Assembly: GCA_965197525.1 (NCBI GenBank)
Contig: OZ240211.1
Span: forward strand, 2,146,165-2,210,164
Source of the DNA: Nitrosopumilus sp.
Lineage (GTDB): Archaea > Thermoproteota > Nitrososphaeria > Nitrososphaerales > Nitrosopumilaceae
Direction: 5' to 3'
DNA: 64,000 nt
In this document: positions 1-10,159 of the stretch, piece by piece
Numbering within the stretch: the first letter of the stretch is position 1
Layout of the letters: every line of letters starts with the position of its first letter
Notes under the pieces: generated by a model
What the model was told of the DNA's origin: nothing
Seen by the model: the letters and a program-made list of their open reading frames with translations, nothing else
The model's database searches: none
Position numbers and translations under genes: made by a program

Positions 1-78
1 TGACGCCCGTATGATGTCTTCGATTCTGAGAGGTCTGCCTGCAGAGTATAACGCAGCTTCAATTCGTGCTGTGACCAA
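1..78 (-). CDS. scpB: Segregation/condensation protein B, N-terminal part, runs off the window edge
   Basis: Minus strand reads TTG-VTARIEAALYSAGRPLRIEDIIRAS, the typical ScpB N-terminus; lies directly downstream of scpA. The 5' end is disturbed by a 31-bp duplication. Confidence 0.7.
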   Translation of the reverse strand, partial: MVTARIEAALYSAGRPLRIEDIIRAS

Positions 79-146
79 TGTATCTTTCCTTTGTATCTTC
101 TATATTACTTACTTTGACCAATGTATCTTTCCTTTGTATCTTCTAT
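73..146. repeat. 31-bp direct repeat GACCAATGTATCTTTCCTTTGTATCTTCTAT (73-103 and 116-146)
   Basis: Read directly from the sequence. Confidence 0.9.
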
Positions 147-150
147 CTTT

Positions 151-825
151 TTAATTTCTTGCATGTTTTATGGCAATAATCTTTATGTCGTCATTAATCT
201 GCTGTAGATCTACTTTTTCATCTCTTGCCAAAAATAGTGCTGCAAAGAAGCATCTGATGGAGTCGATCTGATCCAAATCTGCAATTATATCCTGTAACAG
301 TGCCGATCCTGCCGATTCAACCTTTTTCATTACCATATCTTCGTATTTAGCAATAATGTTCTCAAGTGATGTAAAGTATTCTTGAAAATCTGGTACCTCT
401 ACTGCTCCTATCTCTAGTCGTTTGTTCCGTCTTGACTGTGGGTTTGCTATCGAATCAATTAAATTCTCTAGTAGTCCTAGTAGATCATCTAGTGATACCG
501 GATATGTGGATTCATGTCTGTATGGGATATCAATTAGCTCAATATCCACATCTGTTCTTTGTAACATAGGCTTCTTCTCCATTGCAGCTTTTTGTAATGC
601 AAATATACTCTCTACTTTCATTCTGTAAATTAGCGATGATGATAGTGCTGCCATCCCTGCTATCTTGAGATCGCTTTTTCCTGTTTTTTCGAGTATTTTT
701 TTTAACAAGTCTAAAATCTGGATAAGATCAATCTCCCAAACATCTTTTTTAATAATTGATGATCTGCTAAACAGCACGTTAATCGGTTCTTGTGATATGC
801 TGTCTGGAATATGTGTTTCACCCAC
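151..825 (-). CDS. scpA: Segregation/condensation protein A (kleisin)
   Basis: DVWEIDLIQIL...LIYRMKV N-terminal motif and FFAALFLARD C-terminal winged helix; next to scpB. Confidence 0.8.
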   Translation of the reverse strand: MGETHIPDSISQEPINVLFSRSSIIKKDVWEIDLIQILDLLKKILEKTGKSDLKIAGMAALSSSLIYRMKVESIFALQKAAMEKKPMLQRTDVDIELIDIPYRHESTYPVSLDDLLGLLENLIDSIANPQSRRNKRLEIGAVEVPDFQEYFTSLENIIAKYEDMVMKKVESAGSALLQDIIADLDQIDSIRCFFAALFLARDEKVDLQQINDDIKIIAIKHARN

Positions 826-920
826 ACCGACACTATCTATCTACTTTAATAATATCTAAGGGCTTTATTTTTTTTCGGTTTTCAGTCAACTCTTATATTG
901 TCAATATTGTAAGATCGATT

Positions 921-1973
921 GTGAAATCTGCAAGAATTACTGGTCCTAACCTGCCACTGGTAATATCTGAGTCTGAGACGCCAAAACCTTCGGTCAATCA
1001 AGTTTTGGTTAGAGTTACATCTGTAGGCGTCTGTCATAGCGACCTACACCTCTGGGAAGGCGGCTACGATCTTGGCGATGGGCAGTTCATGAAGGTAACT
1101 GATAGAGGCGTCAAATATCCTGTCATTCCGGGACACGAGATAGTAGGTACAGTAGAAGAGGTAGGCTCAAACGTCTCTCTTGTCTCAAAAGGCGACAAAG
1201 TATTGGTGTTTCCCTGGATTGGCTGCGGTGCATGTCCTGCATGCAAGGTAGGCGATGAGAATCTGTGCGATGCTCCACGTTCTATGGGCGTATTCCAAGA
1301 TGGTGGCTACTCTGATTACGTTCTAATTTCAAACTCTAAATATCTGGCTAAACTAGACGGCGTTGATCCTGACTCTGCTACATCTCTTGCTTGTTCTGGA
1401 CTTACTGCATACACTGCAATTAAAAAATCAAACCAAAACTCTCCAGAGTTCCTGGTAATTGTAGGTGCAGGTGGTCTGGGATTGATGGGCGTACAAATTG
1501 CAAAGGCAATCACTGATGCCAAGATCATATGTGTTGATCTTGATGATAAAAAACTAGAGATTGCAAGCAAGATGGGTGCTGATTATACCGTTAACTCTAA
1601 AGATCCTTTGACATCCCAAAAAATTCTGTCCATATGTAATGACAAGGGTGCTGATAGCGTTGTCGATTTTGTAAATGCCCCTCCTACTGCAAAACTTGAT
1701 CTTGCCATTCTCAGAAAGAGAGGTAATTTAGTACTAGTTGGACTGTTTGGGGGTTCCATTGAACTCTCTCTTGTTACGATTCCTCTGAAATCTTTAACTG
1801 TTCAAGGCGCATACACTGGAAACTATGCTGATATGATTGAGCTACTCGATCTTGCAAGAAGAAAGATTATCGATCCAATAATATCTAAGAGATACTCTCT
1901 TGACGATGCAAATACTGCTCTTGAGGATCTAAAAGCAAGAAAGATAATTGGTCGTGCAGTGATAAATCCTTAG
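921..1973 (+). CDS. Zinc-dependent alcohol dehydrogenase
   Basis: GVCHSD, GHE, structural Zn motif CGACPACKVGDENLC, Rossmann GAGGLG; GTG start at 921 (MKSARIT). Confidence 0.92.
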   Translation: MKSARITGPNLPLVISESETPKPSVNQVLVRVTSVGVCHSDLHLWEGGYDLGDGQFMKVTDRGVKYPVIPGHEIVGTVEEVGSNVSLVSKGDKVLVFPWIGCGACPACKVGDENLCDAPRSMGVFQDGGYSDYVLISNSKYLAKLDGVDPDSATSLACSGLTAYTAIKKSNQNSPEFLVIVGAGGLGLMGVQIAKAITDAKIICVDLDDKKLEIASKMGADYTVNSKDPLTSQKILSICNDKGADSVVDFVNAPPTAKLDLAILRKRGNLVLVGLFGGSIELSLVTIPLKSLTVQGAYTGNYADMIELLDLARRKIIDPIISKRYSLDDANTALEDLKARKIIGRAVINP

Positions 1974-2575
1974 GTGTTGTCTGTCTCTTTTATCCATCCA
2001 AATTGTACTATTCCCTGATCTTTTATATCGCCTACACCCGTAGCAAATCTCCAGATAATTGGTTTGTCATCTAGTGCCGCTCCTGTTGTCATCTTCTCTT
2101 TGATCTTTAAGAGTGCCTCAGTCTCTTCATTTAGATTCCTGTCTGCTGTCTTGTACTCTTTGCAAAACTTACATTTCTGATCAAGTGTAATTGGTTCTGA
2201 CTCTATTAACGGATATGCAGTACATGCAAGCGGTCTGTCTTTGTAAATCTTGCATGTGAATCCTCCATGTGGTGATCTCTTTTCACTCTCAGTATCCAAA
2301 AATGGGCATACATCTCCGTCATCTTTGATTCCCATTAACTGATATGCCAGAATCTTTGTTGGAGAGCAGTCATCATTGCTGCCACTGTCACTGCTTTTAG
2401 ATATGCCAACTCTTGGCAAGATTTTGACTTGTAGTCTATTCTTTGTTGCCAAATCTTTGATTCTATCTACTTCATTTGGAAGTATCAATACTCCAATCTT
2501 ACCGTATTTTTTACTTGGATAATACTCTCTTTTAATACAGCACTCAGAACAATCTTGTACGCATCTAAACTCCAC
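1970..2575 (-). CDS. YkgJ-family cysteine-cluster protein
   Basis: CxxxCxxCC, CPFL, CKIYxxRPxxCxxYP motifs. Confidence 0.8.
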   Translation of the reverse strand: MEFRCVQDCSECCIKREYYPSKKYGKIGVLILPNEVDRIKDLATKNRLQVKILPRVGISKSSDSGSNDDCSPTKILAYQLMGIKDDGDVCPFLDTESEKRSPHGGFTCKIYKDRPLACTAYPLIESEPITLDQKCKFCKEYKTADRNLNEETEALLKIKEKMTTGAALDDKPIIWRFATGVGDIKDQGIVQFGWIKETDNT

Positions 2576-2679
2576 GTCTTTTCCTCTGTCATAGTAGATA
2601 AAATCTGTTATGCGTCATCATAACATGTTCTTTTTCCCCAAACATATCAGTTATATGATGATCATGATAGTGTATGTTA

Positions 2680-2991
2680 ATGGGAAAACGTCAAGTCAAA
2701 AATGAGAGTGCATTAAAAGAGATTCGGCTACCTGAAGAAGGCGAACTATTTGGGCGTGTATTAAAGATGCTTGGTGGCGAAAACATTATGATTAAATGCG
2801 ATGACAATATCACTCGATTAGGACGAATTCGAGGCAAGCTAAAGCGGAGAGTCTGGATTCGGGACAATGACATCGTCATCATCGCTCCTTGGGATTTCAA
2901 AGCCACTGAACGCGGTGACATTATTTGGCGATTTACTCTTCCTCAGGTACAATGGTTAAAAGAGAACGATCATATACCAAAAGACTTTTAA
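2680..2991 (+). CDS. eif1a: Translation initiation factor aIF-1A
   Basis: GRIRGKLKRRVWIRDND..IAPWDF...GDIIWR signature. Confidence 0.95.
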   Translation: MGKRQVKNESALKEIRLPEEGELFGRVLKMLGGENIMIKCDDNITRLGRIRGKLKRRVWIRDNDIVIIAPWDFKATERGDIIWRFTLPQVQWLKENDHIPKDF

Positions 2992-3046
2992 TCTTTTTTG
3001 TGGCGATGCTTTAATTAATATAGTGAGTTAATTGCTTGAAATTAAC

Positions 3047-3238
3047 ATGGAACAAGGCACCGTAAAGTGGTTTAACCGTACTAAAGGCTTTGGCTTTATT
3101 GAGCGAGAATCTGGTGATGATCTGTTTGTTCACAAAACAGACGTTGACGGATTTATCAACGAAGGCGATAAAGTAGAGTTTGAAGTCGGCGAAGGTAAAA
3201 AAGGACCTGCAGCACAAAAAGTCAAAAAATCAGAATAG
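3047..3238 (+). CDS. csp: Cold-shock protein
   Basis: [10 protein letters not shown]1 KGFGFI, RNP2 LFVH. Confidence 0.95.
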   Translation: MEQGTVKWFNRTKGFGFIERESGDDLFVHKTDVDGFINEGDKVEFEVGEGKKGPAAQKVKKSE

Positions 3239-3331
3239 GCAACAAGTTTTTTAATTTAAGATTTAATTTTTATTTTCTTAAATTCGTCTATCTTTTTATT
3301 ATTTTTAGGATTATATTCGTAGAAAGGGTTG

Positions 3332-3458
3332 TGGTCCCAAGCGAAGGAATTGAACCTTCGACAACCCGGTTTCTGTATGCCTGATATGCTGCTTTACAGT
3401 CAGCCATCTAAAGCCGACAACTACAGCCGGAAGCTCTACCAGGCTGAGCTAGCTTGGG
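3332..3458 (-). tRNA. tRNA-Tyr(GTA) with an intron of about 50 nt in the anticodon loop and encoded CCA
   Basis: Acceptor CCCAAGC/GCTTGGG-ACCA, D-arm GCTC..GAGC, CT-GTA-G followed by the intron, T-arm GAAGG-TTCAATT-CCTTC. Confidence 0.92.
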
Positions 3459-3637
3459 ACAAAAACATGAGGATATATACTATTAAAAAACTATCGTACA
3501 GCCATCTGTATCTCAAACTATGATTCTTCTCTCAACCTTGTACCTAACTTGGTATGAAAATGTCCGTTATCGAAGATATTTGTATGGTATTTCCACCTTG
3601 TATAAGCATAAATAGTTAGATTCCACATTTACCAATA

Positions 3638-4249
3638 ATGTCCGAGTTAGTATTGGCATCATCCGGATATGTGTGTGCACCATATCTACACACACACGAA
3701 TCAATTGAATTAAAAGAATCTTGGCTTCATTCTGACAATATCGAAAAACTATTCTTTGTTACCGGAACATTCTCTCATGAAAGCAAACCATACTTTTCTG
3801 ATTCTACAAATCACTATCTTTTAGCAAAATTCAAGAACAATCAAGAGATTGAGCAGGATTTCACAGAGCATAATCAAGACAAAACATCTTTTGTTTTTAA
3901 TATCTCACATGATCTATTTGAGAGGGAAGTTGAGGGTGATACAAATTTTGTTTCTGTATATTATTTAGAGTACGGCGATGACGGTGATGACTTGCAAGAG
4001 GTCGCAAATCTTTTACTAAAACGAGATAAGATTGAGATAGCTGGTCTGGGCAATATGGCTACTTTTTGTCTCAATCCTTCAAAATTCACATTTCCATATT
4101 ATGAAAATATTGTAGTTTTAGAAGTTGCAAGTGAAAAAAGTCATCAAAGTATGAAGAAATACTGTGAACAGACAAGACGTGATGTTAATCGTAAGGGGCT
4201 GACTATGACAAATCTGATGAGCCTCTCAATTCTTGATCAGCTAAAGTAA
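3638..4249 (+). CDS. Hypothetical protein
   Basis: 203-aa ATG ORF with protein-like composition; no family recognised. Confidence 0.65.
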   Translation: MSELVLASSGYVCAPYLHTHESIELKESWLHSDNIEKLFFVTGTFSHESKPYFSDSTNHYLLAKFKNNQEIEQDFTEHNQDKTSFVFNISHDLFEREVEGDTNFVSVYYLEYGDDGDDLQEVANLLLKRDKIEIAGLGNMATFCLNPSKFTFPYYENIVVLEVASEKSHQSMKKYCEQTRRDVNRKGLTMTNLMSLSILDQLK

Positions 4250-4734
4250 TTTCATCATCTGTTGTTACTATTCTTGTAATGATTTAGTTATTCTTTTTAC
4301 CATTAATCGTATTATTCTGTCTTCATAATCTTTATCTCATCTGTACTGACTGCAATTCAAAATACGTCTCTTGTGTCGAATCAATCATTACCCGTTTACC
4401 GATTGTTGTAATCTTGTATGTTATCTCTCCTCTAGTTTTAAATCATCATTTCTAATATTGATAATTTTCTACGATAATAATCTCTACACTATAATATTTA
4501 TACATTTACCTCTAATCATAATTCTGTGGGATCCCGAAAGTAGTTCGCCCCTCTTCAAAACTTGGAGATGTTTGCATGTATGATGTTCTAGAGTGATGTA
4601 TAACTGTCTTGTGCTAAATCCTACTGTACAATTCATGAATTTTATTCATTTCCACTCCACGCATGGCAACTATTCAAAAAATTATGCATAGTATCCACTA
4701 CTAAGGACAAAACATCTGTTTTAATGTCATAATG

Positions 4735-5630
4735 CTATTCTGCACTGTACTCTTGACCTGTTTGACTATCTGTCACCGTCTTGCCAGCAGGCGGCATCTT
4801 TCTCTTAAATGCCTGTACCGGAGTCTCTAGATTGTCCCAGTCAAGTGACATATGCGGTCTGTTGTAGTTGTACCATTCCATGAACCGTTCCACGGGATCC
4901 TTTGCAGATGCGGTGTAAAACGGTCCTCCTACACTAGAGTTCTCTGTTGTACCACGTCGAGTCTTGCCAGCTGAGGCATCTTCAAAGTGGCGTAGTTTGC
5001 GCTGTATCTCTCCGTGCAGACGTTCTAGTTTACCATTTGTCTGTGGATGTCGTACACGTGCCAATATGTGTTTGATGTAGTTCCACCAGTCTTGTTCAAA
5101 TTTGGAGGCACCCTTCTTCTTGGCCTCAGACTCTGTGGCATAGAACTGGGTACCGCGATCTGTTTTGCAGGCTTGCCGTGATTTTTTATGGCCTCATCAA
5201 GTATTAGGGCGTTTTCTGTAGTTGCCTCTGCAAATACCCCAAAACCAGTCACAAAATGAAATCCTGGTAACATATGAGCCATCTGCCATCGTCAAGCTGT
5301 TTGAAATCAGTATGCCATAGGGAATTGGAGTAAGTTGTTCCCACCTAACCCACTTGCGCCTCTTGCTCTTGTTTGGACTGGCATCTCATAAATCTTTCAA
5401 TACTTTGTGTATAAAGTTGTGCGCAATATACATTCCTACAGATGATCTTATCGCTCCAAGGTTGCATCGAATCTCGTTTGCTATGCTGAGAGAATCACCG
5501 AGTGTTCTAGTCGTTGCACTCTTTTTGGGTCTTCCCATTGGGGCAGGTTGTCTGCATCTTTGTATCTCTTTGCTTTTGAACCCATGTTCATCTTTTATCT
5601 CTCTGTTACTGGCAGTATTCTTGCGTTTCT
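4735..5630 (-). pseudogene. Degraded IS481-like DDE transposase
   Basis: Frameshifted fragments RRKWVRWE, LWHTDFKQLDDGRW, HPQTNGKLERLHGEIQ, WYNYNRPHMSL. Confidence 0.8.
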
Positions 5631-6170
5631 AAATCATTCATTTCTAATATTGATAACGCCACACATTTCCATCTACGATAATAGTTGACTGTGTCTTTCT
5701 CATGGGATACTGAAAAAATCGGTCATATAATATGATTATACATTTACCTCTAATCATAATTCAATATTCCCTAATTCACTATATGTAAACCCTAATTCAT
5801 AAAGAAGCACCTATTCAATTAAATTATTTTTTAATATACATACATATGGAACTATTTGAACTTTTCATCTCAGTTCAGTCTTTACGTGTAAAGTATGGAA
5901 TCGATTCCTATGAAGATACAACAAACCCTATATAATCAATCGTGGTATTAACTATGTGTTTGCTCTAACATTATCTCTATTTGATACGTCCTTGTCTTGT
6001 ATTTCTGCTATGATTCGTAACTATACCACTTGTTATCCTGCTGCTAGTAACAATCAAATGATTATTCACAACAAAAATACTGTTGTTGTTGCTGCTGTTA
6101 TTACTGCACTAGTTCTACGCATGCATCCCAATACTATATTACCTACATCAAAGTTTTCATTGTTGTAATA

Positions 6171-6692
6171 ATGAACATAAACGTCCCTGCAAACAAGGTC
6201 AAACCCCTGCCATTTAGGGTAGAAAAGTTTGATTACAACCGGTACTATATTGATCATCCCGTAATCAAAGGCGTCTTAAATGTAGGGAATCTTCTAAACA
6301 ATGTTGGTATGATACCTGTTGATATGATTCCGCCTAACAAAATGCCGCCTGAAGGCATTGTAGTAGGACTGAGTTTTCAATCCGTTGTATCGTTTACCAA
6401 CTATGGAGAACGACATGTTGGTTCAAAGAAACTACCCTTGCCTCAAGAGATGGCAAAGATGAAAAAACAAGAGCTGACAAACTACCTGGTCCAAGAAGAA
6501 AATCACGAACCTTGGAATCACTATGTGCTATCTAATGCACCTCAAAAACTCTTGAAGACTAGAACGATGCTGCTTAAAGTGGAATGGTTAGTTGACTATT
6601 ATAACAATCTTGGAGATCCCTATCTTTTAGTCAATCATAATACCAGTCACAGTATATCTAATATTGATTCACCTGACCTAGATATGCGTTAA
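6171..6692 (+). CDS. Hypothetical protein
   Basis: 173-aa ORF co-oriented with the downstream helicase; no family recognised. Confidence 0.65.
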   Translation: MNINVPANKVKPLPFRVEKFDYNRYYIDHPVIKGVLNVGNLLNNVGMIPVDMIPPNKMPPEGIVVGLSFQSVVSFTNYGERHVGSKKLPLPQEMAKMKKQELTNYLVQEENHEPWNHYVLSNAPQKLLKTRTMLLKVEWLVDYYNNLGDPYLLVNHNTSHSISNIDSPDLDMR

Positions 6693-6938
6693 CTTTTCTT
6701 TGAAATTGTGCCTTGGTCATTATACGTGCAGGTTTGCATCATTATGATCCCTCTCTTTATTTTCCAACCATGTCCTAATCCAGTGCGTTTTAGTTCTCAT
6801 ACTCTACCATTTTTTGTTTAATTGCCTATCTTGCGCATTCTCAAAAAGGATCACACAAGTGATAATATATGTGACTATTATTTCACATTCAATAATGTCC
6901 TACCACAACAAGATCACATTACAAGGAATGCGATACCG

Positions 6939-8606
6939 ATGACGTTTTTAGATAACTTTCCTCTAAAATATTCTCCTAGATTGATTCAAAAAGACGTCAT
7001 AAACCAAGTTGAATCTGCAGTAAAATCAGGGTTTAAAAACATCTTGTTATGCGTTCCTACCGGCGTTGGAAAATCTCATATCGCAGTCGCTGTCGCAAAA
7101 TCATTAGGAACATCATTTATCGTTACAGCCCAAAAAATATTACAAGATCAATACACAAATGATTTTAGTTTCATTTATCCGATGAAGGGTAAATCGAACT
7201 TTCCATGTATTGCAAACTATGATACAAACGACATATCATACGAACTTGCAAAAAATGATCCCAATCTCTCATGCACTCTTGGAACGTGCTCGTGGGAGGA
7301 ATCCACAGAATACGGCAGCAAAAAAACTCAATATTGCAAATTCAAACCAAAGATAGGCTCTTTTCCTGTATCTGATGTGGGAACAGAGGATGAACGGATT
7401 GGTGAGCCTGATGACCAGATGTGTTACTATTACAATCAAAAGTATCAGGCATTACACGCAACGCATGCCTTGTTTAACTATTCTTCTTACTTTCGGACCA
7501 GGCTATTTAGCCAAGGGATTGATGAGCTGCTGCAACGAGATTGCTTGATAGCTGATGAAGCACACGAGATCGAAGATCAGATAATCGGATACATTGGATT
7601 TGATATCAGGCCGCGATTTTTAGAGGACGTTGGGATGAAACTAGACGATTTTGTTATAGATGAGATTGACGGCATGCTGGAGTTATTGGATGGTCTGGGT
7701 ACAGCATACACCAAAAAAGTCAACCGACTTGTAAGTGATGATGACAAACGTGCCCAAGCATTCAGAAGACGAAGAGACAAGATTGATACATTATTCTACG
7801 AGATCAAAGATAACCCTGAAAACTTTGTGATTCAAGAGTCAAAAGGATTCTCAGAGAATACAAAGATGGTATCAGTAAAACCAATTGAGATAGGCAAGTA
7901 TGTAGGTGCATTCTTTGATCGCCCTCATCAGATCTTTATGAGTGCTACAATAAACCGTCAGATGTTTTGTAGAACCATGAACATTCCTGAAGACGATTGT
8001 GCATTTATAGAGGTGACAAAATCACCATTCCCAGTCAACAACCGCCAGATACAGTTTCACAATATCCGTAAGCTGAATTACCGATCAACTGATCAGGATT
8101 ATGGTGCAATGTTTGCTAAAATCAAAGAGATTCTAGAGTTACACCCTGATGAAAAAGGATTGATTCTCACCACTACAAAGAAACAATGTGAGGATATCTC
8201 AAACTATCTGGGTGATAGGATTGTAGTTGCGCATGAGGGCGTTGATGGAAAGAGAGAGAAGATTCTAGAACATCATAGACAGACTAGGAATCCTGACGTA
8301 CTTGCCTCTCCGTCATTTTGGTATGGTGTTGATCTTAAAGACGATATATCTCGTTTCCAAATCGTATTGAAGACCCCCTATCCATCTATGGGTGACAAGC
8401 GAACCAAAATCAAATCCGATCGCGATCCGTTATGGTATCAAAACAAGACTGTGGAAAAACTATTGCAGGGTTTTGGTCGTTCTATCAGAAATGACAAGGA
8501 TTATGCCGTAACCTATGTGTTAGATGGGTCGGTAATACAGTTACTGGAACGAATGAGAAAATTTGTTCCAAAAGCGTATTATGATTCGTTGGGGTGGGAG
8601 CGCTAA
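6939..8606 (+). CDS. SF2 helicase, DinG/Rad3(XPD)-like
   Basis: Q-motif PRLIQ, Walker A PTGVGKS, DEAH box, SAT motif III, FWYGVDL, QGFGRSIR motif VI; Cys residues after motif Ia may bind Fe-S. Confidence 0.88.
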   Translation: MTFLDNFPLKYSPRLIQKDVINQVESAVKSGFKNILLCVPTGVGKSHIAVAVAKSLGTSFIVTAQKILQDQYTNDFSFIYPMKGKSNFPCIANYDTNDISYELAKNDPNLSCTLGTCSWEESTEYGSKKTQYCKFKPKIGSFPVSDVGTEDERIGEPDDQMCYYYNQKYQALHATHALFNYSSYFRTRLFSQGIDELLQRDCLIADEAHEIEDQIIGYIGFDIRPRFLEDVGMKLDDFVIDEIDGMLELLDGLGTAYTKKVNRLVSDDDKRAQAFRRRRDKIDTLFYEIKDNPENFVIQESKGFSENTKMVSVKPIEIGKYVGAFFDRPHQIFMSATINRQMFCRTMNIPEDDCAFIEVTKSPFPVNNRQIQFHNIRKLNYRSTDQDYGAMFAKIKEILELHPDEKGLILTTTKKQCEDISNYLGDRIVVAHEGVDGKREKILEHHRQTRNPDVLASPSFWYGVDLKDDISRFQIVLKTPYPSMGDKRTKIKSDRDPLWYQNKTVEKLLQGFGRSIRNDKDYAVTYVLDGSVIQLLERMRKFVPKAYYDSLGWER

Positions 8607-8758
8607 TCTGATCTTGATTAAAAGTCAACAGTGTGCCTAACTTGAAATGATCAAATATGTAAATATTGGCACGCCATCTTGAGATTGTTTCAAGTCCAGT
8701 TTTAATAACTCTGTGACACATTTTAAAGATACTAACTATCTTATATGATAAACGCCTA

Positions 8759-9469
8759 ATGCGAATGTCTGATATGGTAGTTAGCTATGAGAATCTTGTA
8801 CCCGAGCCTAAGAGCCGATTTGTAAACATTCTGTGCAGTTCATGTGATTCACCTAGTGTCATTTTTACCATGACAAAGAGTGTCATAAATTGTAAATTCT
8901 GTGGAAACGTCATAACAGAACCCACTGGTGGTCAGGCAAAGATTTTTGGGCGACTGCAAGACGTAGTCGATGATCTACCTCACATCCATATCAAAACCAT
9001 TACACAAGATTCAAAGAAGATACTCAAAAAACTATTACTTGATTCTATGATAATACACAAGATGACCAACAACTCATCTGGACAGATATTTGTTAATGAT
9101 GTCTCCAATTACAACCTTTGTTTGATTGTCTTAGATAGAATACTGATTGAAACCATTCACATGGAGAAACAGGAGTATGATGTCTCCCTGACTAAATCTG
9201 ACATTATTGAAAAGTTAGAGAGAATAGGGCCTGTTGAAACTATTAAAGTAGATCATGCATCACTAGATATGATTGCAGCACGTGAGTTATGTGACTCTAG
9301 AAAGTATGTCAACAGCAATGACGTTGGTCTTTCAGCCACTGATTGCATGTTACTTCAAATGCATCTGAAAGGGGCAGGTGATCTGGTTACCCATGATAAG
9401 ACTCTTATCAATGCTGCTGAGAGCGAAGGACGTCCATTAACATATGATTGTGTTGTATTCCCAAATTAA
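8759..9469 (+). CDS. Fusion of a ribosomal protein S27e-like Zn ribbon and a PIN-domain nuclease
   Basis: N-terminus PEPKSRF..CSSC..CKFCGNVITEPTGGQAKI matches the S27e pattern; C-terminus has PIN acidic residues (LLLDS, LIET, LSATD, VTHD). Confidence 0.75.
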   Translation: MRMSDMVVSYENLVPEPKSRFVNILCSSCDSPSVIFTMTKSVINCKFCGNVITEPTGGQAKIFGRLQDVVDDLPHIHIKTITQDSKKILKKLLLDSMIIHKMTNNSSGQIFVNDVSNYNLCLIVLDRILIETIHMEKQEYDVSLTKSDIIEKLERIGPVETIKVDHASLDMIAARELCDSRKYVNSNDVGLSATDCMLLQMHLKGAGDLVTHDKTLINAAESEGRPLTYDCVVFPN

Positions 9470-9541
9470 TTATAGTATACATATATTATAATTTATATTC
9501 TGGCAATTTATGTCCGTGTCTATTTGTATTTTTCTATAGTG

Positions 9542-9901
9542 GGTTCTGTCTAATAAATGGGAATATAGCGTAAAAATTATTTTATATAAAATCACTTTTT
9601 TAGTTTTGAAAAGAAGACAAATCATATTAGACACATTCACATTGCAGGAAAAAGAGACGGAGATAACAACAACAAGATGGGGCGTCTAAACGGTGAGATA
9701 AGAGATTGTGAAAAAGTGTTTAGAGGTCTAAAAAAGTTTGATACGCCTCTTATTGATGGCATGAAAACATATTACAATTTCACAAAGAAACACGGGTCTT
9801 TGAAAGGAAAGACACCAGCAGAAGAAGCTATTGATTCAGAATGCGAGTTTGCACAAGCAAAATTCAGAATCAAATTTAGGTCTCTATAATCCGACAGAAC
9901 C
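9542..9901 (+). mobile_element. Internally deleted IS6-like element (MITE-sized) retaining the transposase C-terminus
   Basis: Ends GGTTCTGTCTAATAA (9542) and TAATCCGACAGAACC (9887-9901); fragment DNNNKMGRLNGEIRD..YYNF..HGSLKGKTPAE; no TSD seen. Confidence 0.7.
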
Positions 9902-10159
9902 AAATTTAAAAATATTGTAATTGTATAGTTTTTTGAAGTTCATGACTACAATAAGAAAATTTACGCTCAAATTGCATATCTCATAAAACAGATAGTGATG
10001 ATTGGTTGATATCCTGTGCGTATATTCTAGTTTACTTCAAAAAACTACACAGTCACAAAATATTTATAAACTATGCATATATTTTAGCAATATAATGATC
10101 TTTTCTAGCCTCGATTTGCACATTATGTTTCTTAATTGTACTCAAAGTGCGCAAGTATC

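Noticed and set aside
3047-3238. Bacterial-type cold-shock protein in an archaeon
   Set aside because: Already known in Thaumarchaeota
8915-8922. ACAGAACC inside the S27e-PIN gene as an IS end
   Set aside because: It encodes the conserved TEP residues and similarity does not extend further; treated as chance
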